DNA of 63,134 bases, filler included, from Octopus bimaculoides (lineage: Eukaryota): the NCBI RefSeq assembly GCF_001194135.2. It is 4 parts of 4 records of this genome, joined end to end, with 100 filler letters (N's around TTAATTAATTAA, not from the genome) between each part and the next. Parts side by side here need not be neighbours in the genome. Positions count along the whole stretch, not along the records: positions 23,398 to 43,200 come from NC_068983.1; 3 more parts are not named here. One strand, 5' to 3'. The notes below the pieces were generated by a model. It was not told the origin of the DNA. It did not search any database and saw nothing but the letters and a program-made list of their open reading frames with translations. Made by a program: the position numbers and the translations under genes. Shown piece by piece: positions 26,420 to 40,345 of this stretch. How positions within the stretch are numbered: the stretch's first letter is position 1; every line of letters starts with the position of its first letter.

Positions 26420-26830
26420 CCCTCTAGTTTCAGCTCAGAGCTGCGGCCATGCTGGTGCACCACCGTTTTGCTACACTGTTATTACTGGGAGCCTCCTCCA
26501 ATATGTGGCGCCTGGTGAAGAATGGGGTTTGATGTAGCTGCCCTCATTTGCACCTCTTGCCGTGAGGTAGGTTCATCTGGGACTCTCGACAGGAAGAGGT
26601 CCAGCTTTGATTTAAAAACGCCTACATCTACTTTGTGCAGGTTCCTCAGGCTCTTTGGGAGAATATTAAAAAGTTCTGGGCCCCTGAAACCCAAACTGTT
26701 GCAGTAACTGGTCCTGAAGCGCGATGGTGTTGCTGGGATCTTTGGCACTATGGAGTATCGTCCTGTTCTGGCATTGGTGTAGCTTGGCTGAAGCTTTGCT
26801 TAATAAGAGAATATCTATGATGAACGGACT
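26420..26830 (-). mobile_element. CR1/L2-like LINE ORF2 C-terminus plus 3' UTR
   Basis: NSLGFRGPELFNILPKSLRNLHKVDVGVFKSKLDLFLSRVPDEP...AATSNPILHQ with its stop codon, followed by a UTR matching the SINE A tail. Confidence 0.8.
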
Positions 26831-27191
26831 CCAACGAGGCTGGTATTGGTCTCTGTCGGCAAAATCTATGTAATAAGATCAATAAAAAGAATAGAGTGAA
26901 ATAGTCATTATAGGAGGCGCATTAGATATGATTTAAAAAAAAACAATATTAAGACAAATACATAACAAAAACACCAGGGCTTACGAGTATATATATAACA
27001 TACAGAAAATAACACTGCTACGCACCGCACACGTCTTACGGGAAACACTTTCAATTCAGGGAAAATAAGAGCACCACAACAAACCACAGAACATAACCAA
27101 GGCACTCAGAGCTGCGCTCGGTAGTGCAGTGAATGCACGTGATAAAAATAAGACTACTGAATAATAATAACAACAGCATTAATAATAATAA

Positions 27192-27411
27192 TGGTTTCAA
27201 ATTTTGGCACAAGGCCAGCAATTTCGGGGGAGGGGGTAAGTCGATTTACATCAACCCCAGTGCTCAACTGGTACTTATTTTATCGACCCCGAAATGATGA
27301 AAAGCAACGTGAACCGCGGCAGAATTTGGACTCAGAACGTAAAGACAGACGAAATTCCGCTAAGCATTTTGTTTATCATCATTTTGTCTATCAGCTTGCC
27401 GCCTTGATAAT

Positions 27412-27445
<34 letters not shown>

Positions 27446-27450
27446 CCAAC

Positions 27451-27498
<48 letters not shown>

Positions 27499-27703
27499 CT
27501 TTTCTACTCTAGGCACAAGGCCCGAAATTTTGGGGGAGTGGCTAGTCGAGTAGATAGATCCCAGTACGCAACTGGTACTTTATTTATCGACCTCGAAATG
27601 ATGAAAGGCAACGTGAACTGCGGTAGAATTTGGACTCAGAACGTAAAGACAGACGAAATTCCGCTAAGCATTTTGTCTGGCGGGTTAACGAGTCTATCAG
27701 CCT
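27192..27703 (-). mobile_element. Two tandem SINE B copies separated by (CAA)n/(AAT)n
   Basis: Copies at ~27192-27403 and ~27498-27703. Confidence 0.85.
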
Positions 27704-27707
27704 TAAT

Positions 27708-27784
<77 letters not shown>

Positions 27785-28659
27785 CAACAACAACAACAAC
27801 AACAAGAACTTCACTACTACCACCAATAATAATAACCTCCCAAATAGTGGAGTTGTCTTTTCTCGTTTGCATGAATCTAGCAGTCAGCTAGATAAATGCA
27901 GTCCCACCCCTAAACATCAACAGCTACAAAAATTAATATAAATGCAAATCAAATAACGAGTCCAGTCTTGTATCAAAAAGTCATCACCAGAGAAAATAAT
28001 ACATAACCCCTCCCCCTTTTTTATGTTTTCGATCCATTAAACATCAAGGCAGAAGGAAGGGGCATTGACTTTCTTTTGGTTGGATATAAGGTGCGGGTAT
28101 CATACGTCTTGTCTTAAACAATACATGAGCGAGTAAGAAGGCTTGCGCGGCCACATAACTTTTAACAATATAACGTCCTTTTGTAGTCTCGCTCTAAAGA
28201 TGTCTGTAACAGTAGCTACAACGAGGCATGTAATGTGTGAGAACATGAAGAAAAACAATACTAAAAATAACAGCAACAACAACAACAACAACAAAAGCGA
28301 CTGCTTCGTTGAAACGTTTTAACATATCCGTGACAATCTAAATTTTGTCCGTAACAATCATTTCCTTCGCGACATCATTTGTAGTCAGAGTGAAACAGAG
28401 AAAATGATTAAATGCTACAAGACATTTAGAATAGCAAGGAGAATGGTCTCCGACAAAGGTATAAGGCCGCATAGTTTGGGTGGGGAGGGGCTTTACCCAA
28501 TTTAGGGACCCTTCCCCACTCCTCGCCAGTATTTGGTTGATATTTTACTTAATCACTTCCGGAAGGTTGAAAGGGAAAGTTGACCTTGATGAGGTCATCA
28601 CGCAGAACGCAAAGGGACGTAACTACACATTGCAATAATAACAAGAAGAATCATTTCTT

Positions 28660-28842
28660 ACTAATGGCACAAGGCCTGAAATTGCATCAATCCCCAGTAT
28701 TTCACTGGTACTTAATTTATCGACCCCGAAAAGATGAAAAGCAAAGTCGACTTCGGCCGAATCTGAACTCGGAACGAAGCCACGGGCGAAATACCGTTAA
28801 GCATTTCGCTCAGTGTGCTAACGATTCTGCCATATCGCCGCC

Positions 28843-28935
<93 letters not shown>

Positions 28936-29140
28936 GTTTCAAATTTTATCACAAGGGCAGCAGCTTTTTTGGGGGGTGGGGGGACGAGTCGATTACATCG
29001 ACCCAAGTGTTCAACTGGTACTTATTTTGTTTAACCCCGAAAGGATGAAAGGCAAAGTCGAACTCGGTGGAATTTGAACTCAGAGTGTAGCGACCGGTGA
29101 ATTCCGTCCAGCGTGCTAACGCTTCTAATAGCTCACTGCC
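28660..29140 (-). mobile_element. Two tandem SINE B copies separated by (AAT)n
   Basis: Copies at ~28660-28845 and ~28930-29140. Confidence 0.85.
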
Positions 29141-29156
29141 TTTATAATAATAATAA

Positions 29157-29224
<68 letters not shown>

Positions 29225-29334
29225 ATAGTAACAATAATAATAATTATTATTTCTGATATAAGCACAAGTCCAGTAATTTTGAGGGGAAGGATAAGTCCGT
29301 ACTGTGAAACCGAATACTTTTATGCAGCTTTATT

Positions 29335-29623
29335 TTATGGACAACGACGGCATGAGGGTATGGGTGGCTTATCTGGTATTCCTGGAAGAAATCTGTCCAG
29401 ACTCCGTTTAAAGGTGACGGGATCCTTTTCCTCTTTGATCAGTTTTGGGACAATGTTAAACAGTGCAGGACCTATTGAGGGAAAAGAAATTGTATCGCAG
29501 TGTACCTATATGTTGTGATCCTGAATTGGGAAGGCGACGTATGGCGCGTGGTCCCAGCCTTGGATGAACCTTAGTACTAATGTTCAGGTCGTTTGGGCAA
29601 TGCTGTCGGTATATTCTCCACAT
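29335..29623 (-). mobile_element. Second CR1/L2-like LINE ORF2 3' fragment
   Basis: MWRIYRQHCPNDLNI...HPRLGPRA..., then after a frameshift IGPALFNIVPKLIKEEKDPVTFKRSLDRFLPGIPDKP. Confidence 0.75.
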
Positions 29624-29668
29624 CGAAATGTTATATACATATATAAGCATACATACATACAAGCATGC

Positions 29669-29748
<80 letters not shown>

Positions 29749-31429
29749 GTGTGTGTGCGTGTGTGTATTGACATATATACATATATATACATACATGCAC
29801 GTATGTATTACAGTATAGTTTTCTGGTCAAAAGCACAGTTTTTCCCTCAATACACACATATAAAAGTATATCCTTATGTGCCTTTATCAGGCAAAGGTAA
29901 AATATTTTTCTCCCCCCCCCATCCCGCACACTCATGCTCACATAAATCTGCATTGATCTATGCATACATGTATACGTACATAGGTTTCAATGCATACGTA
30001 ATTACATGTATATCATTATCATTCCTCTTAATCATCATCGCACGCACCACCACCACCACCACCACCACCACCACCACCACCATGATGATGATGATGATCA
30101 TCATCATCATCATGACAATGTCTTTGAAAATTGCTTTTCCAACCATCTTTCGTTATCATCGCCATCTCCATAGAAATAGGCGATGCGTTTGCACTGCTTG
30201 CGAGAAGTGCTGCATAACTAAGAACCAATTTAAGTCTCAGACTGCCTCCAGGCGAAATACATAAATATACTAATAAATAAATAAATAAATAATGAAGAAA
30301 ACCAAGGAAGGAAGGAAGGAAGAAGGTAAGAAACGAAGGAAGAGAATTGAAAATTGGAGAGAAAGATATCGAATAAGAATATCGTAATAATAGCATTAAG
30401 GATTAAATGGTGAATGTATGTCTGTATGCATGTATGGATGTACGTTATTTATATATATATATGTTAGGTATGTATGTAGGTATGTATGTAGGTACGCATG
30501 TATGCATGTATGTATGCATGTTATGTGTGTATGTATGTATTTATGAACGTATGTATATATGTATAAATTTATTTAGGCAATCTCTCTCTCTCCCTCTCTT
30601 TCTCCCTATATATATAGGGAGAGAAGAGAGAGTGAGAGAGAGAGAGAGAGAGAGAGGCAGACAGAGAGATAACGGATAGATAGATAGATGCTTAAAGATA
30701 CACACGATACACACGTATATATGTATATATGCACATACACACACATACATATATACATATATGTATACGCATACGTACTTATACAATACACACACACACA
30801 CACACACATGCGCACTCATATATTTACATTAATACACAAACGCATACATACATGTACATACATGAATGCGATACTTACATACATATATATACATATCAAA
30901 ACCATAAACACAGCGTACAAAGTGTAAATGGTAGAAGATTTTTCTGTTTGTTGTCACCACATTGACCTCGATCACAGCTTGTCTGCTGCGGGATCAGAAC
31001 CATTGCCCTCTCGGGGAATACTTTCTGTTTCATTTGTAGTATGCACGCCTCCTCCATCTAAATAGATGCTTAGCCTTTGGTGCTGTTATTCGCACGGCGA
31101 TGAGAGCGGCCATTTTTTTTTACATGGTAGTAGTAGTAGTAGTAGTAGTGTTTGTGGTGGTGGTGGTGGTGGTGGTGGTGTAGATTCTGGTATTGTGTTC
31201 CTGATCACGCTGATTAGCCTGAAGCTAAGGTTGATTTTGCTGACCTGCCATTCAAAGCATTCCAGCCATGGACTGGGTTTGTATGGACGTACGTAAGTAC
31301 GTATATATGTAAGCATGTATGTACGTATGTATGTATGTATGTATGTATGCATGTATGTATGTATGTGTGTATGTATGTATGTATGTATGTATGTATGTAT
31401 ATATGTATGTATGTAAGTATGTATGCAGG

Positions 31430-31473
<44 letters not shown>

Positions 31474-31703
31474 CAAATGACATATATGTGTATGTATATA
31501 TATGTGTAAGTGTGTGTATGTGTGTATGTATATGTATTTGTGTGTGTAGGTTTATGTGTGTGCTTGTGTGTGTGTGTGTGCATGTATATGTATATGTGTT
31601 TAAACGAATTCTTATTTTTTCATCTTATAATATTGAAGGAGACGCATAAAAAAAAAATCAATGGTAACAATATTTATGACGACAACGTGGAGGACAAATA
31701 ATT

Positions 31704-31704
<1 letters not shown>

Positions 31705-31753
<49 letters not shown>

Positions 31754-31995
31754 GGTGGTGATGGTGTAGGTGGTTTTGATGGTGGTGGTGGTGATGTGGA
31801 TGATAAGGATGACGAGGACAATGATGATAAAGATAACGTTGAAGAAAATGTTGGTTGTTGAGGTGATGATGTTGATGATGATGATGATGATGATGATGTT
31901 GATGACGATGTTGATGACGATGATGTTGATGACGATGTTGATGATGTTGATGATGATAAAGGATTTGTTGATGATGTTGATGATGATGATGATGA
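31705..31995. repeat. (GAT)n/(GGT)n compound trinucleotide repeat
   Basis: Direct inspection. Confidence 0.9.
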
Positions 31996-33207
31996 TAAAG
32001 GATTTCTGATATTAGCAAAAGGTCAGTTAGTTTGCCGGTATAAGGATGGTGAACGAAGGGGGCGAGGGTTGTAGTTGAATGAAGTGACCCCTGTTACTTG
32101 ACTTGTAATTACTTCATCGAACTGAAGGGTGAAAAGTCCCCGTCAACCCCGATGGGATTTGATCTCCGAATGTAACAAAAAAACAACAAAAGAAAACAGA
32201 AAATAACGAGAGAAAATGAAAAAAGAATTGGATGCCAAAAAATATGATCCCCCAAGGCATGTATCCGTTAAATATATCGTTTCAAGCGAACACTGCTCTG
32301 ACGACGACGACGACGACAACAACAACAACAATAAAAAAATCATTATAATATTTCTGCTTAATTTTGACACAAGGTCAACAAGGTTTTAGGGGAGAAGACA
32401 GTCAATTACGTAGTACTTGACCGGTGTATTATATTTATTGATGGCGAAGGGATCAACGGAAAAGTCGACCTCGACGAAATTTCACTCGAAACTCAAAGTC
32501 GGAATAAAAAATGCCCTAGTTTGGTTTTAATTCACGAGAGAATTTTAATTTACATCTGACGTGAGGGTTTTTCACATCACAATTTATTTACTTCTCCTCC
32601 TTTTACATAGGCATCCCACCTAATAAAATTCATAAATGAATTATCAATATTGAGATAATTAACTCTATGTTTGTGTGTGTATGTGTTGCAGTGTTTTCTT
32701 TGTATAATAGCATAAAATCATGTAAAGATCCAACTACACTTAACAGTAAATGGAAATGATAAAAAAAGAGTGGGTTGGAAGAAACATTGGTGCTCAGAAT
32801 CTATTATAAACAAACGAGTCAAAAACCTGTAGAAATTGGGTAGAAAAAGATAATCTGGTTTAAACCACCCTGCAATGTAAATTTAGCGTCAAATACGATG
32901 AAAAATGCCTTAGTAGTGATCTTTAAACATTTTCCACCCGGCCGCAAGTACCACAATCTATTTAACAATAGATCGATAAATTTGTTGAATATTGTCGATA
33001 GTGACTTGGAAAGCAGTCCAATGATGGTTTAATTGGCTAAAAATTCGGTGTCACTGTCAATAAAATTCTTGTTTAAGAATACTAAATTTGTACAAAAGTA
33101 TAAAGTAATCCGTCAGCTTATTATAAAATTGTTTTTATTATAAGTGAACATAAAATCAACCATTTACATGCATACGTATATACATACGTACATACATGCG
33201 CACGCCC

Positions 33208-33253
<46 letters not shown>

Positions 33254-33389
33254 CTTTAGGCTTGATCTTACTAAGTGGATTCATAGGCGAAATGTGCTTC
33301 CATTCCTGTTCTGTGCTTCCATTCGTTTTCTGTGCTTCTATTCCTCTTCTGAGTAAACGATAAACAATATAAAAATTGGTATAATATTG

Positions 33390-33609
33390 GCTTCAAATTC
33401 TTCCACAAGGCCCACAATTTCGGGTGAAGGGCTAAGTCAATTACATCGACTTCACTGCAAAACTGGCACTTATTTTATCGACCCTGATAGGATGAAAGGC
33501 AAAGTTGACCTCAGCGGAATTTGAACTCAGAATATAAAGACGGATGAAATGCTGCTAAGCATTTTGCCCGGCGTGCTAATGATTCTGCCAGATCAACCGC
33601 CTTGAAGAC
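33390..33609 (-). mobile_element. SINE B with a 13-bp target-site duplication
   Basis: TSD tggtataatattg at 33377-33389 and 33610-33622. Confidence 0.85.
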
Positions 33610-33620
33610 TGGTATAATAT

Positions 33621-33672
33621 TGAATTCATCATATGATACTGAATTCATCATATGATACTGAATTCATCATAT
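33621..33672. repeat. 19-bp minisatellite, about 2.7 copies
   Basis: Unit tgaattcatcatatgatac. Confidence 0.85.
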
Positions 33673-33759
33673 AAGATCTTAAAGATATTCTTATCCGTGA
33701 AACATATAAGCCTGAATATTGGACAGGCCGGTCAGTCTGGTTTCTGATCATTAGATTCA

Positions 33760-34150
33760 ATTACTGCAAGTTCGATTAGCCCGATATTTTTTATAGAATT
33801 TGTCAATTTTTTGCGTAAATCTTCAAGAAGAGACATCATCTTGGAGCCGGCATTGATTGCAAATGATGCTGCATTCCACCTTAAACCCTTGTCACGAAGC
33901 CAAACAATCTAAGACTCAAATCATCAAAACTGGTTCGACGAGAAGTCAAGCAATCAGAAGATTCCTCAACGTTATGGACATATCTCACATATCAATTCTG
34001 GATAAGTTTTCATCACACATTCTAAAAAAAAATAGTAAAAGCAGTGGTGAGGTTTCTGGAGGTAAGTGCTATAAACTTTTTGTACTCTAAAACGTAAATG
34101 ATCATTGCAAAATGCTCCAGAAATCTAAATGCCTACAGGCAGGCAAGACA
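33760..34150 (-). mobile_element. Possible decayed PIF/Harbinger-type transposase fragment
   Basis: Weak spacing similarity only: YSTY...HH, SSDCLT...SF..L, RDKGL across frameshifts. Confidence 0.2.
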
Positions 34151-35912
34151 TGAATAACTTCTATGTTGCGAACTTGTGTTATACAGTCAAGTCATGCAGT
34201 AAGGGCTTCTGGAAATATCTGCATTTTCCGAATATTTCAGATCTAACTTTTAAACAGCGTCAAGAATACGTACGTTGTTGAGAGTGAAGATTTTTTTTCT
34301 GCTGTGCAAAGATCACATCTCACTTTTCACTTAATGCCACGCAGAACATTTCTTTTTCAAATATTGACACTTGCAAAAATGACAATGACTAAACAGGCAT
34401 AAAACATGGGCAATAGCCATAAAAACCTTAAGAAATAATCAATAACTTGCATATTTGCATTGTTTATTTCACTTAAAGCTACCCTGAGTATTATATCTTT
34501 TTTTTATATTCGTAAACAAACATCATATATATATATATACACACACGTATATGTATGTATGTATGCATCTGAATGTATGTATATATGTACATGATAGCAG
34601 TGCTGTCAAAGCCATTCACCTGATGACGTGCAAGTATACGGCTGCTGCTGGATCATATTTATTCATGCAATTATTTATATTATATTTTATGAAGTAGTAC
34701 AATATGGAAAACTCAGTAATAGTAACAGCTGTTACGATTGCACAGAAACAATTGTTTTGTCATTATAGCATGTTGATTCCATCTTCTTAAAAAAATTATA
34801 TCTGCATATACACACATATATATATAGAGAGAGATGTATGTATTTATGTATGTATACATGTGTGTGTATGTACGCATGTATGTATGTATGTATGTATGTA
34901 TGTATGTATGTATGTATGTATGTATGTATGTATGTGTGAATGTATTTATATATGTGAGTATTTAATGTTGTAGGACATTATAGAGCTCTTTTCAGTACGA
35001 TTCACATTTTCGCGTTATAGATTACGAATTAATCGTACCTACTCAGTGTAAATGCGCATGTGTAAGTGTATGTGTATTTGCATGTGTGTGTATGTATGTA
35101 TGCGATTTTGAGAGCATTAGTAAATAAACATTGGGAGCACTAGAATAAATTCAGCCATTCATGTTCTCTTCAGCAACTTTTTTTTCTTCCTTTTCTCATC
35201 CCCAACCCTGAAATGATGTCAGCATTCCATTTGCATTCGACTTTTCTATTGACGACAGAATTTATATAATGTGGTGAGCAAAACAATGACGACGAGTGTA
35301 AATGGAAGAGAGAGAGAGAGAGANNNNNNNNNNNNNNNNNNNNNNNNNNNNNNNNNNNNNNNNNNNNNNNNNNNNNNNNNNNNNNNNNNNNNNNNNNNNN
35401 NNNNNNNNNNNNNNNNNNNNNNNNNNNNNNNNNNNNNNNNNNNNNNNNNNNNNNNNNNNNNNNNNNNNNNNNNNNNNNNNNNNNNNNNNNNNNNNNNNNN
35501 NNNNNNNNNNNNNNNNNNNNNNNNNNNNNNNNNNNNNNNNNNNNNNNNNNNNNNNNNNNNNNNNNNNNNNNNNNNNNNNNNNNNNNNNNNNNNNNNNNNN
35601 NNNNNNNNNNNNNNNNNNNNNNNNNNNNNNNNNNNNNNNNNNNNNNNNNNNNNNNNNNNNNNNNNNNNNNNNNNNNNNNNNNNNNNNNNNNNNNNNNNNN
35701 NNNNNNNNNNNNNNNNNNNNNNNNNNNNNNNNNNNNNNNNNNNNNNNNNNNNNNNNNNNNNNNNNNNNNNNNNNNNNNNNNNNNNNNNNNNNNNNNNNNN
35801 NNNNNNNNNNNNNNNNNNNNNNNNNNNNNNNNNNNNNNNNNNNNNNNNNNNNNNNNNNNNNNNNNNNNNNNNNNNNNNNNNNNNNNNNNNNNNNNNNNNN
35901 NNNNNNGTAATA

Positions 35913-35963
<51 letters not shown>

Positions 35964-35969
35964 GTAATA

Positions 35970-36066
<97 letters not shown>

Positions 36067-36322
36067 TAATAATGATAATAGTGAGTACAAGGAAAAAGCG
36101 TTTCCATTTACGGTTCTGCTATTCATCACGCATGCGCACATTAGCGGTATTCTGTTTCGTATTTGGAAAGATGTTTTTTTTTTGTTCTTTTGGTATCACA
36201 CTGGGATTAGTTTCGTTTCATTTCACTCTTCCATTTTGTTTTCTCATTATAACACTTCATTCTTTATTTTACCGACCTCTTTTCGGTGATCGGCTTCTCT
36301 CTGCCCTGTGTATGCATGTATG

Positions 36323-36356
<34 letters not shown>

Positions 36357-37626
36357 NNNNNNNNNNNNNNNNNNNNNNNNNNNNNNNNNNNNNNNNNNNN
36401 NNNNNNNNNNNNNNNNNNNNNNNNNNNNNNNNNNNNNNNNNNNNNNNNNNNNNNNNTGCATGTATGAATGTATGTACATATATATATCTATGTGTGTGTG
36501 TGTGTGAGTGTGTGTGTGTGTGCATAAATCAGAAAATGGCAGGTTCACATCGTTAAGATTACTGCCGTTTCGCAGCCAAGATCATGTCGTAATAATTTCT
36601 GTTTGAAAGAAATCATGCTTCCATGTTTCCACTAATATGTATGCTCGGCATTGTACAATGCAAATGTATATTCGCAATGTGACCAGAATGTTCTGACGGG
36701 ATGAGATAGCTTTCTTTATTTAAATCGATTTATGAATATGTCACGGATGTCAAGCGGTTGTATTGATATATTCACCTCTCATTACTTCCTGGTGTTTTAT
36801 GGTTTATATACTCTTCATAAAATAATTCCATTGATTGGATCTTCTGCATTTCAGGTGCGTCGACACTCTCCATTACGCTTTTCTGTATTGGATCAGTGTG
36901 TAAACTGCTAGCCGACTGCGTAAGAGCTGCTTTTTCATGAAAGCTATACGATTCTCTGAACCGTATGTTATATATATATATATATATATATNNNNNNNNN
37001 NNNNNNNNNNNNNNNNNNNNNNNNNNNNNNNNNNNNNNNNNNNNNNNNNNNNNNNNNNNNNNNNNNNNNNNNNNNNNNNNNNNNNNNNNNNNNNNNNNNN
37101 NNNNNNNNNNNNNNNNNNNNNNNNNNNNNNNNNNNNNNNNNNNNNNNNNNNNNNNNNNNNNNNNNNNNNNNNNNNNNNNNNNNNNNNNNNNNNNNNNNNN
37201 NNNNNNNNNNNNNNNNNNNNNNNNNNNNNNNNNNNNNNNNNNNNNNNNNNNNNNNNNNNNNNNNNNNNNNNNNNNNNNNNNNNNNNNNNNNNNNNNNNNN
37301 NNNNNNNNNNNNNNNNNNNNNNNNNNNNNNNNNNNNNNNNNNNNNNNNNNNNNNNNNNNNNNNNNNNNNNNNNNNNNNNNNNNNNNNNNNNNNNNNNNNN
37401 NNNNNNNNNNNNNNNNNNNNNNNNNNNNNNNNNNNNNNNNNNNNNNNNNNNNNNNNNNNNNNNNNNNNNNNNNNNNNNNNNNNNNNNNNNNNNNNNNNNN
37501 NNNNNNNNNNNNNNNNNNNNNNNNNNNNNNNNNNNNNNNNNNNNNNNNNNNNNNNNNNNNNNNNNNNNNNNNNNNNNNNNNNNNNNNNNNNNNNNNNNNN
37601 NNNNNNNNNNNNNNNNNNNNNNNNNN

Positions 37627-37665
<39 letters not shown>

Positions 37666-38529
37666 GGGTAAGATCCAGGGAAACCCAAGTGTAGGAAGTT
37701 GGTAAGACTCGACCAGTCCGTGGCAGTCCGAAGCAGGTCAAAACGTGGATAGTGTGCGGCCAGGAACAGTAACAATTTATTGCCGTCGAATGTTACACAT
37801 CTTTTCCAATACGGAAGTTGCGAGGAAATTCGATGAGATCGAAATTTGTGTTATAATTCGTGGTTAGTAACTGGAATGCGAATAAAAAATGCAAATTGTG
37901 GGAACGAAACAGGTAAAATCCGGCCTACATATGTTTCTTATCTTGCTGATCTGCTGATATAATAATCATTCAACAAAGGATACTCAGCAAACTATTCATC
38001 AGGCATAAGGTTAGCTTGTCGCTGGGAATTCCGAAGTTAACTTACCGCAGATGTAAGTTGAAATGAGTGGCGAATCCGGAAGAAGAAACATTAAAAGTTT
38101 TGATGTCAAGTAAGTCATCATCGAATGAGCAACGCCAAATAGGAGTCGCCAAAAGATCTCATACCCACTAGAACTTCTGAGAGATTGTGGTTCAAGTCAT
38201 TAAACTAATACCATTTGAAAATCAGATGTTTCAGATACGTTTGAATGATTGTAGTGGAATATGGAGGGAATGCTTTTATTTGCAAACGATTCGACAATTG
38301 CCTAAAATATACAAGGGTTTTAGAAAGCCCACATTAGGAATCGAAACTATGAACATGGATCAGATTTGATACTCCTTCGTAATACGGTGTGGATTAATTG
38401 TTAGAGCGTTCATCAGTTCTTGAGATTGACTGTTGGACAAAATGGTGTATTGTGTCTTGGAGCAAGGCACTTCTTTTCGTGTTGCTCCAGTTTATTCGGC
38501 TGAAAATAAGTACCAGCTGAATGCCCCTA

Positions 38530-38570
<41 letters not shown>

Positions 38571-38586
38571 TTATCTATCTATCTCT

Positions 38587-38624
<38 letters not shown>

Positions 38625-38730
38625 CTTCCATTCACTTTATTTTATTCACTCACTTTCTTTTTTTCTTCCACATGAAGAGGTATACAATACAGAAATTGTC
38701 TCCGGGGGAAAAAAATTTACAATATATATG

Positions 38731-38972
38731 TGGAGGCGCGTGGTTTAGTGGTTAGGGTGTCAGCATCATGATCGTATGGTTGTGGTTTCGATTCCTGGAC
38801 CGGGCGACGCTTTGTGTTCTTGAGCAAAACACTTCATTTCACGTTGCTCCAGTCCACTCAGCTGGCAAAAGTGAGTAACGCTGCGATGGACTGACGTCCC
38901 GTCCAGCTGGGGAGGAACACATACGCCATTAAAACCGGGAAACCGGGCCCATGAGCCTGGCTAGGCTTCAAA
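38731..38972 (+). mobile_element. SINE family C (tRNA head, V-domain-like core)
   Basis: A-box-like tggtttagtgg, B-box-like ggtttcgattcc, and gctgcgatggactgacgtcccgtccag resembling the recalled V-SINE core. Confidence 0.75.
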
Positions 38973-39273
38973 CCGTGAAATGTATGCTGACTGTCCGTCT
39001 GAGAAGATATATTTGACTTCATTACTAAATAAATAACGAAGCTGCTGTTATAGCTGCTAACTGATATTATTGATTGCAGAAGTTAGAACCGCTTAGTATT
39101 CACTGAGGAGCTTCAACAAACAGTAAAACAGTCTGTCAGAAGACTCCCACCATCTCTCTTTTATCAATTGTATAGAAAAGATTGCTTACCTTCTTAATAC
39201 ACTCACAGTGAATCTTTCTAGTATTTAAAGTATACATACATACTTGTTTACATACATACACACCCACATATTC

Positions 39274-39383
<110 letters not shown>

Positions 39384-39404
39384 NNNNNNNNNNATATAGG
39401 TATG

Positions 39405-39469
<65 letters not shown>

Positions 39470-40060
39470 GTTTGTGTGTGTTTCTTTGTGCATGTGGGTG
39501 GGTGGGCGGTTGGTTGTGTGTGTATAGGTCAGATGGGCAGATAGATAGATATTACATACATACACGCATATATGCATAACTAATATACGTTCTGGAATAT
39601 TATCTGCACCCATTCGTTGAATACCCTCACTCACCAACCCGTCACATACATACATATATACATACGCACGTGCTCCCCTACCCCGCCTATATATTTACTA
39701 CAAGCACGCAAGCACGCATATATTTCAATATACAAATAAATGAGAAATATAATAGAAATATCAAATTGATGTCAGAATCTTATTGTTATCTATCATACAG
39801 GAATTTATTTATTCAATTTTCTATTTTGGTAAGTTATCACGATCAAACTTATTTACATATTGACATATTGAAATGACTTTGCATCTTTCTCTCTCTCTCT
39901 ATCTCTCAATATATCTACCTATTTCTGAATCTATGTAAGAATATATTTGTGTGAATGTAAGTATGGTTGCATGTGTGTATGCTTAAATGTATATATTTGT
40001 GTGTGAGTGTTTGTATGTATTTCGGTGTTGTCTGTTTATCTACATAGCTATGTATGTATA

Positions 40061-40270
40061 ATGGTGAATGGTGTAGTGGTTAAGCCGCTGCCTTTACGGC
40101 CCTAAGGTCGTGTGCTTTATTGCCGGACCGAGCGAGGCATTCTGTACTTGAGTAAAGCATTTCATGTTACTCTTGTCCATTCTACTGGCAAAAATAATTT
40201 ACCCTGCGACGAACTGGCATTCTGTTCAAGGGGTAGGTTCTTATATCGGTCACTTATACGTTAAGGAAAT
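40061..40270 (+). mobile_element. Degenerate SINE C-like copy
   Basis: tggtgtagtggttaag head and ccctgcgacgaactggcattctgttcaagggg core. Confidence 0.55.
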
Positions 40271-40345
40271 CGCGTAACTATTCCAATGAGATATAGGGCT
40301 CAAAGACAATAATGTCTAAGGCATTTAAATTTTTTTTAAATATGT

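Noticed and set aside
31674-32018. Poly-His, poly-Asp and poly-Met ORFs
   Set aside because: Translations of (GAT)n/(GGT)n with no unique coding flanks or splice support.
33621-33672. CRISPR-like repeat
   Set aside because: Head-to-tail units without spacers, eukaryotic context, no cas genes.
38731-38810. tRNA genes at SINE heads
   Set aside because: A- and B-box-like words are present, but they continue into SINE bodies and I could not fold an intact cloverleaf.
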